Source of the DNA: Nostoc sp.
GTDB taxonomy: Bacteria > Cyanobacteriota > Cyanobacteriia > Cyanobacteriales > Nostocaceae
DNA length: 64,000 bases
Assembly (NCBI GenBank): GCA_036918135.1
Contig: JBALDB010000038.1
Location: 105,455-169,454 of the forward strand
Direction: 5' to 3'
Made by a program: the position numbers and the translations under genes. Positions within the stretch are counted from its first letter, which is position 1. Every line of letters starts with the position of its first letter. Below, in pieces: positions 52,154 through 60,319 of this stretch. The notes beneath the pieces were generated by a model. It had not been told where the DNA came from. It saw only the letters and a program-made list of their open reading frames with translations, and searched no databases.

Positions 52154-52693
52154 CTAATCAATAAATTGTTCTAACAATGTTTCAACACTAGCATTGCGAT
52201 CCCAGAAGGAAAATAAATGCCAATATCGCAGTTTTCCTTCTTTATCTAATACAAACTGTGCTGGTAAAGGCGCTCCCAGAGCTTGTCCTACATTATATGA
52301 CTGAAATACTCGACAACTAGGGTCGCTAAGTAAAGGCATTTGTAAGCCTAAATCTTTTACGACTATTTGACTCTGCCGTTCATCAGTACTAGTAATCATC
52401 AAAACTTCTATTCCCCGATTTTTAAATTGTTCGTAATTCTCCTTCAAAGCTTTGATGTGAGGAAAACAAAAAGGGCAATATTGCTTTTCAGTAAAGATGC
52501 GAGTAAAGGCAAGTAACACAGGTTGCTTACCTTTATAATCAGACAATTTTACTAAAGTTCCGTTGGTTATATCTGGCAGTTGAAAATCTGGCGTTCCCAC
52601 TCCTAGCCTAAGTTCATTTGTAGCTGGAATTGGGAAAAAGTTGCGAAAGAATCGCTCATTTAATAATCCACTAAAATCAGTTGAAGTTAGCAT
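52154..52693 (-). CDS. Peroxiredoxin-like AhpC/TSA family protein
   Basis: PDFQLPD, YCPFC, LLSDP; likely start MLTSTDF. Confidence 0.85.
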   Translation of the reverse strand: MLTSTDFSGLLNERFFRNFFPIPATNELRLGVGTPDFQLPDITNGTLVKLSDYKGKQPVLLAFTRIFTEKQYCPFCFPHIKALKENYEQFKNRGIEVLMITSTDERQSQIVVKDLGLQMPLLSDPSCRVFQSYNVGQALGAPLPAQFVLDKEGKLRYWHLFSFWDRNASVETLLEQFID

Positions 52694-52889
52694 ATTTTTG
52701 AGATGATTTAAAACGATTGGGCATTGCCAGACCCGAAGGGTGCAAGGAAAAGAGTGCTGCAACTTCTTTTGTGCTTCCCTGCTCCCCTTCGATTAGAAAA
52801 CCACAGATAGATTCTTTGTTTATCTGTGGTTATTTCATTGATTGCCGAATTAATATCAGCAAGCGAGATTCAATTTCAGAAAACCTAAT

Positions 52890-53501
52890 CTAAACAGCAG
52901 AGAAGTAAACTTTGGACTTCACTGGATCGGGATTCATTGTCTTGTCACCAGGTTGCCAACCAGCTGGGCACACTTCGTCAGGGTGAGATTGAACATACTG
53001 GATTGCTTGCAATGTCCGCAGGGTTTCATCAACGCTGCGACCAAAAGCTAAGTTGTTAATTGTGGCGTGCTGTATGATACCATCTTTGTCTATGATGAAC
53101 AGACCACGCAAGGCAATGCCAGCTGCTGGGTCGAGGACGTTGTAAGCAGCGCTAATCTCTTTCTTGATGTCAGAGACTAAAGGATAATTCAGGTCGCCAA
53201 CACCACCAGACTTACGATCGGTTTGAATCCAAGCAAGGTGAGAAAATTCACTATCAACGGAAGCACCAAGGATTTCCGTATTAACCTTCTTGAATTCTTC
53301 GTAGCGATCGCTAAATGCTGTAATTTCAGTCGGACAAACAAACGTAAAGTCTAGGGGGTAAAAAAACAGGATGACATACTTACCGCGATAATCAGAAAGT
53401 TTGATTGTCTTAAATTCCTGATCTACCACAGCTGTTGCTGTGAAATCGGGAGCTTGTTGACCAACGCGGAGGCATCCTTCTGTTCCATAAGTCAAGGACA
53501 T
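52890..53501 (-). CDS. 2-Cys peroxiredoxin
   Basis: [13 protein letters not shown] and EVCPAGW; GGVG and C-terminal YF motifs. Confidence 0.97.
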   Translation of the reverse strand: MSLTYGTEGCLRVGQQAPDFTATAVVDQEFKTIKLSDYRGKYVILFFYPLDFTFVCPTEITAFSDRYEEFKKVNTEILGASVDSEFSHLAWIQTDRKSGGVGDLNYPLVSDIKKEISAAYNVLDPAAGIALRGLFIIDKDGIIQHATINNLAFGRSVDETLRTLQAIQYVQSHPDEVCPAGWQPGDKTMNPDPVKSKVYFSAV

Positions 53502-53631
53502 TAACTTAATTCTCCTTTATCGATTTAGCAGCGTGGAATTTGGGTCAGGTAAAACTCACCCATCTACGCTCTCACAGTTTAATTACGATCTGTTACAACT
53601 ATATCATACTCATAACGATTTTGAGTAGCAA

Positions 53632-55800
53632 ATGCCAGATTTAGATACAAGAGAATGGTTGCTTACCAATGGTCTAGGAAGTTTTGCCAGTGGTACGATT
53701 TCTGATATCCGTACACGCACTTATCACGGTTGGCTGTTTGCCGCTATAAACCCCCCTGCGGAGCGTACTTTGTTGTTATCGCACCTAGAAGCTAGCTTGG
53801 AAGTATCAGGGGGTGTTGTGGGACTGGGGACAAATATTTGGGGTAACGGTCAGATTGAACACGCGGGCTACGAACTGCTACGCTCTTTTGATATTAACCC
53901 GGTTCCAAAATGGATTTGGGGTGGAGATAATTGGCAGTTAACTAGACAATTGGTGATGCCCTATGGTTGGGAAGGGACTGAGGACTGGGGCATGGGGACT
54001 AGGAACGAGGAACTGGAAACTCGAAAGAATACTTCTCAATCCCCATTCTCTCATCGGATTTTGATCCACTACCGTTATCAGGGAAGCGAACGAGCGATTT
54101 TACGGTTACGACTGCTGATAGCAGAACGTGACTTTCACCATCAGCAGAGTGCTAACTCAGAATTACAGTTCTCACAATTGCTTGAGCAACAGCAAGTGTG
54201 TCTGCAAGCGAGAAAATTTGGGCATTTTGGTATACCTTGGCATCTGCGCTGGACACAAGGAAATTACCAACCAGATGTAGTTTGGTATTGGAATTATCGC
54301 TTCTCTGAAGAGACAAAACGGGGATTAGGCGATCGAGAAGACCTCCACAGTCCTGGTTACTTGATAGTTACACTCCAACCAGGAGATGCAGTGACTCTAG
54401 AAGCACGAGTAGGTTTTCCCAACCCCCTGGTAGGCGTTCTCACCTCGGAAACTTTTGCACAAGCAGTGGAAGCAGAACAAAAAAGGCTCTCTGAGATTTT
54501 TGGATGGAGTGCGGGAGGAATTAGGAACTGGAGACTAGGGACTAGCAAAGAAGCGGGGGAGCAAACAGCAGCAGCTCAAAAAGAGGAATCACCTCTGTCC
54601 CCTGCACCTTGCTTCTCTGCTTCTTTCTCGGTGCCCACTCCCCACTCCCTACTCTGGCAACAACTACTTAAAGCCAGCGATCAGTTTATCGTTTATCGAG
54701 CTTCAATAGCAGGCCCTACAGTGATTGCTGGTTATCACTGGTTTTCTGACTGGGCACGGGATACATTAATTGCTCTGCCAGGATTGATGCTAGTTCCCCA
54801 GCGCTTCGATCTAGCAAAAGAACTATTGCGAGCCTTTGGGCACTACTGTCGCCACGGTTTGATTCCTAATGCCTTTTTTGATGTTGATAATGAACCATTT
54901 TATAATAGTATTGATGCGCCCCTTTGGTGGATTGAGACTTTAGGACTTTATTTGCAAGCTACACAAGACTGGGAGTTTTTGGCAGAGCAGTTCCCGACAG
55001 TGCAGCAAATTCATAAAGCCTTTGTTGCTGGCACACGCTATAACATCCAAGCTGATGCTACTGACGGACTAATTGGTTGGGATGCTCGTGGTGTAGCCCT
55101 TACTTGGATGGATGTGGTAATTGGGGCACACCCTGTTACTCCTCGTTATGGTAAACCAGTGGAAATCAATGGGCTGTGGTATTCTGCTTTATGTTGGATA
55201 AGTCAGTGGGCAAAACGCTTGAGCCAACTGGAGTTAGGTGAGCCAGTGCGTCTTAGTAAACAAGCGCAACGTTATGCTCAGCAAGCACAACGGGTGAAAA
55301 ATTCCTTGCAAAAGTTTTGGAATCCTCAGCTAGGTTATCTCTACGATACTATTGAGCCGGACGATCGCCGAAATTTTCAAATTCGTCCCAATGCTGTTTT
55401 GGCGCTGTCGCTGCAACATTGTGGGTTTTCTCAAGAGCAAGGGTGTCAGATACTAGATTTGGCAACTGCGAGCTTGCTTACTCCCTATGGTCTTCGCAGT
55501 CTCGATCCAGGAGATCCAGAATACAAAGGCAAATATGAGGGTAACCAAGAGCAACGCGATCGCGCTTATCACCAAGGTAGTGTTTGGCCTTGGCTAATTG
55601 GCCCGTATATTCGGGCTTGGCAACGTTTTTATCCACAACAACCACTGCCTTTTGATTGGCAACCACTGCTAGATCACTTTTTATCTGCCGCTTGTATTGG
55701 TTCTATTTCTGAGATTTTTGATGGCGATTTACCTCATACACCCAGAGGAGCGATCGCTCAAGCTTGGTCAGTTGCCGAAGTCATCCGCCATCTTAAATAG
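53632..55800 (+). CDS. Amylo-alpha-1,6-glucosidase (glycogen debranching enzyme)
   Basis: EWLLTNGLGSFASG, IAGYHWFSDWARDT, LTWMD, GKPVEIN, YHQGSVWPW, AQAWSVAE. Confidence 0.93.
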   Translation: MPDLDTREWLLTNGLGSFASGTISDIRTRTYHGWLFAAINPPAERTLLLSHLEASLEVSGGVVGLGTNIWGNGQIEHAGYELLRSFDINPVPKWIWGGDNWQLTRQLVMPYGWEGTEDWGMGTRNEELETRKNTSQSPFSHRILIHYRYQGSERAILRLRLLIAERDFHHQQSANSELQFSQLLEQQQVCLQARKFGHFGIPWHLRWTQGNYQPDVVWYWNYRFSEETKRGLGDREDLHSPGYLIVTLQPGDAVTLEARVGFPNPLVGVLTSETFAQAVEAEQKRLSEIFGWSAGGIRNWRLGTSKEAGEQTAAAQKEESPLSPAPCFSASFSVPTPHSLLWQQLLKASDQFIVYRASIAGPTVIAGYHWFSDWARDTLIALPGLMLVPQRFDLAKELLRAFGHYCRHGLIPNAFFDVDNEPFYNSIDAPLWWIETLGLYLQATQDWEFLAEQFPTVQQIHKAFVAGTRYNIQADATDGLIGWDARGVALTWMDVVIGAHPVTPRYGKPVEINGLWYSALCWISQWAKRLSQLELGEPVRLSKQAQRYAQQAQRVKNSLQKFWNPQLGYLYDTIEPDDRRNFQIRPNAVLALSLQHCGFSQEQGCQILDLATASLLTPYGLRSLDPGDPEYKGKYEGNQEQRDRAYHQGSVWPWLIGPYIRAWQRFYPQQPLPFDWQPLLDHFLSAACIGSISEIFDGDLPHTPRGAIAQAWSVAEVIRHLK

Positions 55801-55817
55801 TGCCGAGTGGCGCATTT

Positions 55818-56225
55818 TCAATTTTGATTGATTGCGCTTGGCTCCATATAAATAATTTCCCAAATGTGGCCATCTAAGTCCTCAAACCCATGTCCGTACA
55901 TAAAACCGTGGTCTTGGGGTTGATTGTAGGTTGTTCCGCCGGCAGCGACTGCCTTGCGAACTATTTCATCGACTTCTTCTCGGCTCTGAGAAGATAAACA
56001 CACAAGCACTTCTGTGCTTTTGGTCGCATCACAAATTTCTTTGGGAGTAAAGGTCTTGAACTTATCTTGAGTCAATAGCATGACGAATATATCCTCGCCC
56101 ACAATCATACAAGTAGCTGTCTCGTCAGTAAATTGGGTATTAAAACTGAAGCCGAGTTTGGTAAAAAACTCCACAGAGCGATTGAGGTCTTTGACTGGCA
56201 GATTCACGAAAATTTTAGTAGCCAT
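55818..56225 (-). CDS. VOC/glyoxalase family protein
   Basis: IFVNLPVKDL, DHGFMYGHGFEDLDGHIWE. Confidence 0.92.
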   Translation of the reverse strand: MATKIFVNLPVKDLNRSVEFFTKLGFSFNTQFTDETATCMIVGEDIFVMLLTQDKFKTFTPKEICDATKSTEVLVCLSSQSREEVDEIVRKAVAAGGTTYNQPQDHGFMYGHGFEDLDGHIWEIIYMEPSAINQN

Positions 56226-56293
56226 ATTTTCTAATTTTGAAAGTTGATTATCTAGATGAAATATCAGCATGACGCTAATATTCCAAGGGAAAC

Positions 56294-56791
56294 TCAAGCT
56301 TCAGTCAAGAACTCGTCGAGGCAGTCAAAGCTGGAGTTCCATCCCTCGATGACTCCCATTTTTTCGTGCTTTTGCCGATCCTCAAAAGACTCATGCACAA
56401 TCCTGAGTGTGAGTTTGGTATTGCCCTCCAAATCCTCAAAAATCGCCGTCATCACTATTCCCTTTGGTAGTTCAGCGTTCACGACCTTTTCAAAACCTTC
56501 ATCAAATTCATCACTGGTAACAATCCTTTCAAGGGGCACGATTTCGCGAAAGACGCCTTTGGCTGGGTACTCCGTGCCGTCTGGAGCAATCATCACGTAG
56601 CGCCATTTACCGCCCGGACGCAGATCCAGCTCGCTCACCCGAGTCGTAAAGCCTTTTGGTCCCCACCACTGCGCTATGTGTTTCGGATCGGTCCACGCCT
56701 GAAACACGAGTTGACGCGGCGCCCTGAAGATGCGGGTGATGACGATCTCGCGTTGAGATTGAGCATCAACGGAATCATTTTTATTGCTCAT
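56294..56791 (-). CDS. SRPBCC/AHSA1-domain protein
   Basis: ITRIFRAPRQLVFQAWTDP..WWGP, DLRPGG, GW...DCL. Confidence 0.92.
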   Translation of the reverse strand: MSNKNDSVDAQSQREIVITRIFRAPRQLVFQAWTDPKHIAQWWGPKGFTTRVSELDLRPGGKWRYVMIAPDGTEYPAKGVFREIVPLERIVTSDEFDEGFEKVVNAELPKGIVMTAIFEDLEGNTKLTLRIVHESFEDRQKHEKMGVIEGWNSSFDCLDEFLTEA

Positions 56792-57125
56792 CTTGTTCCT
56801 CCTGGGTTTGTAATACGTGCAGGTAATCATCCAGCCGATCGAGGTTCTCTTCCCAGAATTGACGATATTGCTCGATCCAATCCGCCGCGTCTTTGAGCGG
56901 CTGTGCTTTGATTTGGCAGGGTCGCCATTGAGCCTTACGACTTTGCACGATCAGTCCAGCACGCTCCAATACCTTGAGGTGCTTGGAGATTGCAGGAAGG
57001 CTCATCTCGAAGGGCTTGGCTAGCTCAGTGACCGATGCCTCACCCTTGGCGAGGTGAGCCAGGATCGCACGTCGTGTCGGATCGGCAAGGGCGGCAAAGG
57101 TGACGCTCAGTTGATCGCTAGACAT
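56781..57125 (-). CDS. ArsR/SmtB family transcriptional regulator
   Basis: FAALADPTRRAIL, SLPAISKHLKVLERAGL; overlaps the SRPBCC gene. Confidence 0.94.
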   Translation of the reverse strand: MSSDQLSVTFAALADPTRRAILAHLAKGEASVTELAKPFEMSLPAISKHLKVLERAGLIVQSRKAQWRPCQIKAQPLKDAADWIEQYRQFWEENLDRLDDYLHVLQTQEEQDEQ

Positions 57126-57131
57126 TTTTAT

Positions 57132-57163
57132 TTAACCTAGTGGTTAATTAACTAATAGGTTAA
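57132..57163. promoter_or_regulatory. Tandem palindromic operator upstream of the ArsR operon
   Basis: TTAACC-tagt-GGTTAA followed by TTAACT-aata-GGTTAA, immediately 5' of the ATG. Confidence 0.65.
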
Positions 57164-57405
57164 ATGTACTATCGAAGAATGTCAAGCTCTGACTATAAAG
57201 AGGACAAGGGGAGAATGTTCCCTTGTCCTGTTCAATGAGTTAACCTCAATCTTGAACTTTGAGAGTGAAATAGCGAGGCAGGATTTTGATAGATAGCGTA
57301 TGTGCTGGGGCAATTGCAATCACCTTGCAGACATCAAAGGCGATCGTCCCATTAATTACTTAAAGCTGAAATTTTGTAGTAGCGTTATTTTAATAATTTA
57401 TAGAA

Positions 57406-57479
57406 TGGCTCAGGTCGGATTTGAACCAACGACCCCAGGCTTATGAGTCCCGTGCTCTAACCAACTGAGCTACTGAGCC
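57406..57479 (-). tRNA. tRNA-Met (CAT), probably elongator
   Basis: GGCTCAG acceptor stem, TAGCTCAGTTGGTTAGAGC D-arm, CT-CAT-AA loop, GGTTCAAATCC T-arm. No encoded CCA; paired 1:72 and no three GC pairs in the anticodon stem, so not initiator. Ile2 not fully excluded. Confidence 0.93.
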
Positions 57480-57572
57480 ATGTTTTTTAGTCATATATGA
57501 GTATAGCACACAAATTTGCTTCTGACTAGCCTCTTTTGCAATTAGTTTTTCTAACTTGAAATCCCCAATAAG

Positions 57573-57938
57573 CTAAAGCCTACGGTCGCGGATAATAAAG
57601 CCGCCTTTTTCGTGTAAGTATGTGGCGATTTGGTCAATCCAGTCTTTAATTCTATTGCCTTGGTGTACTAACTTGTTATTAAGTTCGTTAAATAGATATT
57701 CATAATGCCGATTTCTACCTTGATATTCAGTTAAATGTATATCTAGTGTTTTTTCATTATCATGTAATTTCTCAACAATATTGTCTTTAGCAGAATCAAT
57801 AGCTGTTAATAAACTAGTTTGTACGTTACTAATTCTAGTATTAATGCTAGCTTCAATCTGTGCTAATCGATAGATGCCAGCAACTAGCATAAATAATAAA
57901 GAACAAACGGTAAAGGCATTGTTAACATCAATTTTCAT
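57573..57938 (-). CDS. Hypothetical protein, N-terminal TM plus coiled coil (holin-like architecture)
   Basis: AFTVCSLLFMLVAGIY helix followed by an amphipathic region; ATGA overlap with the upstream gene. Confidence 0.65.
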   Translation of the reverse strand: MKIDVNNAFTVCSLLFMLVAGIYRLAQIEASINTRISNVQTSLLTAIDSAKDNIVEKLHDNEKTLDIHLTEYQGRNRHYEYLFNELNNKLVHQGNRIKDWIDQIATYLHEKGGFIIRDRRL

Positions 57939-58333
57939 TGTAAATTATCATAAATTTCATTCAGCCTATCCTCAATTCGGTCATCCTGGTCATAAATTGC
58001 ATAGTCAGCAGTTGACCAAATTTTTATTTGAATATCCACTAACCAAGGAACAGGCTTAAATGCAAAATGATTAAGAAATTCCCAATCAGTAAGCTTGATG
58101 AAAGTGTGCCTTCTCAGGCTTATAAACTTGCTTCTCCCATAGACTTTACCGATAGTATTATCCTCAAAATAAGGCAGTAAGTATCCTGCTCTATACCATG
58201 TAGGATTAGCCCCAAGACTGTCGGTAAAGACAATAATATATTTACCTGTAAGAGATGGAGTGATAGAGATTTCTGAACTGTTGCCGTTAATGTTTGTGTG
58301 GCTGCTATGTATTAGTGACCAATTAAGCGTCAT
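57935..58333 (-). CDS. Hypothetical beta-rich protein
   Basis: Clean ORF, coupled to the next gene; aromatic beta-strand pattern. Confidence 0.65.
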   Translation of the reverse strand: MTLNWSLIHSSHTNINGNSSEISITPSLTGKYIIVFTDSLGANPTWYRAGYLLPYFEDNTIGKVYGRSKFISLRRHTFIKLTDWEFLNHFAFKPVPWLVDIQIKIWSTADYAIYDQDDRIEDRLNEIYDNLQ

Positions 58334-58369
58334 CGAATTCTACCTCTACCACTCTGTCACAAAAATGAT

Positions 58370-58591
58370 TTAGGAGAGTTTCACAGTTACTTCAACCGAT
58401 TTAACCAAAACCTCAACATCTGGATTTAGCGATTGGTAACGACCAGCTACAGCCCTAGCCTCAGCTTTGCTTGAGAAAATATTGGCTGCATTCAAATCTT
58501 CAGTCAATAACCCATCAGAAGCAGTAGTAGAAGAGTAATAACCCTTCAATTTGTTATCAGCGTCTGCAATAGAAATAACAAATTTTGACAT
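58370..58591 (-). CDS. Small hypothetical protein
   Basis: AAGGT RBS-like sequence upstream; co-oriented in the cassette. Confidence 0.6.
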   Translation of the reverse strand: MSKFVISIADADNKLKGYYSSTTASDGLLTEDLNAANIFSSKAEARAVAGRYQSLNPDVEVLVKSVEVTVKLS

Positions 58592-58691
58592 AAAATTACC
58601 TTTTTTTTAGCAGAGTGAAAGTCTTGGAAGTTTTAAAAAGCGAAAAAGTGAAAATTTAACCTAACAGTGGAATTAACAAATAGCTGTCAGA

Positions 58692-59048
58692 TTAGACAAA
58701 GATTCTCTTGCGTGCTAGGTAAGCTTCAGTGATATCTTTACCTTTATAATTTTGTCCACTTAAGCCTGCCAATGCATCTTCAAGTTTTGCTGGTGCAACT
58801 AAAAGGTTGCCTGTAGCAAAAACTGCGTTATCGGCTTGAATAGTACCACTCTTAATGTATTTCACTCGGACTTTACTAACACCGAAAGTGGCAGCACTGC
58901 CACTAAAAACTTTGGCATTTGCAGGAGGTGTTTTAAGGATACCTAGCAAGGTGCAAATTGCATCAGTGTAAATAGTCTTAGTACCAGAAAATTTAAAAGC
59001 GATACCAGTTCCTAATGAAATGTAATAAGCCTGTTTTAAGTTAGCCAT
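58692..59048 (-). CDS. Hypothetical basic protein (118 aa)
   Basis: Clean ORF with natural composition; co-oriented in the cassette. Confidence 0.7.
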   Translation of the reverse strand: MANLKQAYYISLGTGIAFKFSGTKTIYTDAICTLLGILKTPPANAKVFSGSAATFGVSKVRVKYIKSGTIQADNAVFATGNLLVAPAKLEDALAGLSGQNYKGKDITEAYLARKRIFV

Positions 59049-59459
59049 AATTTTTCTATTTGGACGTAATCAAGTTCTAGCAAGCTTTTCATGCTTTACT
59101 TGTTGTAAGGAACCCTTAAGGGTTCCGATTTTAGTTACGCATTACGACTTGAGAAAAATTGCCTATTATTTTAAATCAAATTAGTTGCTACGAAAAAGCA
59201 CTTAAAATAGCAATTTTAATTCCACGAAAGCTTCAGTGTATTTTCCGAGACTTCACTCTGCCCTAATAAATGAACCCCACAAAATACGAACCATGAAACC
59301 CTTGAAATAAATTCTAGAATTGAAGTTGGTTGTCATTTTCAGATATTAATGTTCATCGAACTAAAAATAATATATATTTTCTTTTAATTAAAATAAACAT
59401 GATAAGTAATTACCTGAGATAAATTCAACCAATTGCTATTCAAGTGATTGACTTATCTT

Positions 59460-60314
59460 TTATGCAAGTGACCCATGATATCGTCCAGTAGTATCAACTA
59501 AATAAACGGGTCTTTCGTTGCCTCGTAAATACATATAAGCATATCGAAAACGAACATTGGCTACAGGTCGGTATCTTGGTTTTTTCTTTTGTTTTCCATA
59601 TACTAATTGCGTTCCTGTTTGATTAGTAATTGAGGCTTTTTTGGGGGTACTAACTACTAATCGATTCTCGTCATATAAAATATCTTGACATTTTAAAAGG
59701 CGAGTAATTATATCTTGTGTATCAGCTTCAGTATTCCCGTAGACTTGTAGCCTATACCCATGTTCTTCATGGTAGTACTTGTAAATATTTTTTCCTTTTG
59801 TGAACACCACCCCTTGTCCACCAGAAACAAACTGTTGCTTAATCTCTTTTGCTAATGCTATTGCTTTGACTGGGGTCATCGTCGCTGGTGTTTCGTTCAT
59901 TAAGCGAAAGCTGTATTCAGCTTCTACTTTCTTTTCTCCTGAGGGGACGCTGGCAGCATCCTGAGAGAAGTACAAAAATACTTGTGGTCTGCCATCGACG
60001 GATTCTTGAAAATGTTCAGCCGGAATTCCATAAAAAATTCCTAAATCTTTTCTGCCATACCCCAACAAATCAAACAATAAATGATGCCGTAAATTCATCA
60101 TCAATTGATTGTCGTTATCTGTCATGGTGCAAGCAACTCTTAGCGCACTTCTGGGTGAAGTGATATTCGGTTTCCAATCATCTCCCAAATCGCTAAAATA
60201 GCGCTTTACTAATGCATTATGCTGAGGAATGTAGATTTTTTGTAAATGTTCAAAAGGGTCAAAATTATCAGGTAACTTATCATCGGGTGGTTGTGCTGGT
60301 GTAATTGTTGTCAT
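59460..60314 (-). CDS. Hypothetical protein (284 aa) with basic C-terminus
   Basis: GGAGG RBS in the end of the upstream gene; KQKKKPRYRP tail; family not recognised. Confidence 0.8.
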   Translation of the reverse strand: MTTITPAQPPDDKLPDNFDPFEHLQKIYIPQHNALVKRYFSDLGDDWKPNITSPRSALRVACTMTDNDNQLMMNLRHHLLFDLLGYGRKDLGIFYGIPAEHFQESVDGRPQVFLYFSQDAASVPSGEKKVEAEYSFRLMNETPATMTPVKAIALAKEIKQQFVSGGQGVVFTKGKNIYKYYHEEHGYRLQVYGNTEADTQDIITRLLKCQDILYDENRLVVSTPKKASITNQTGTQLVYGKQKKKPRYRPVANVRFRYAYMYLRGNERPVYLVDTTGRYHGSLA

Positions 60315-60319
60315 TAATC

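Noticed and set aside
55818..57405. ArsR-SRPBCC-VOC cluster as an island integrated at the tRNA 3' end
   Set aside because: Somewhat GC-rich, but I found no duplicated tRNA 3' fragment and no integrase.
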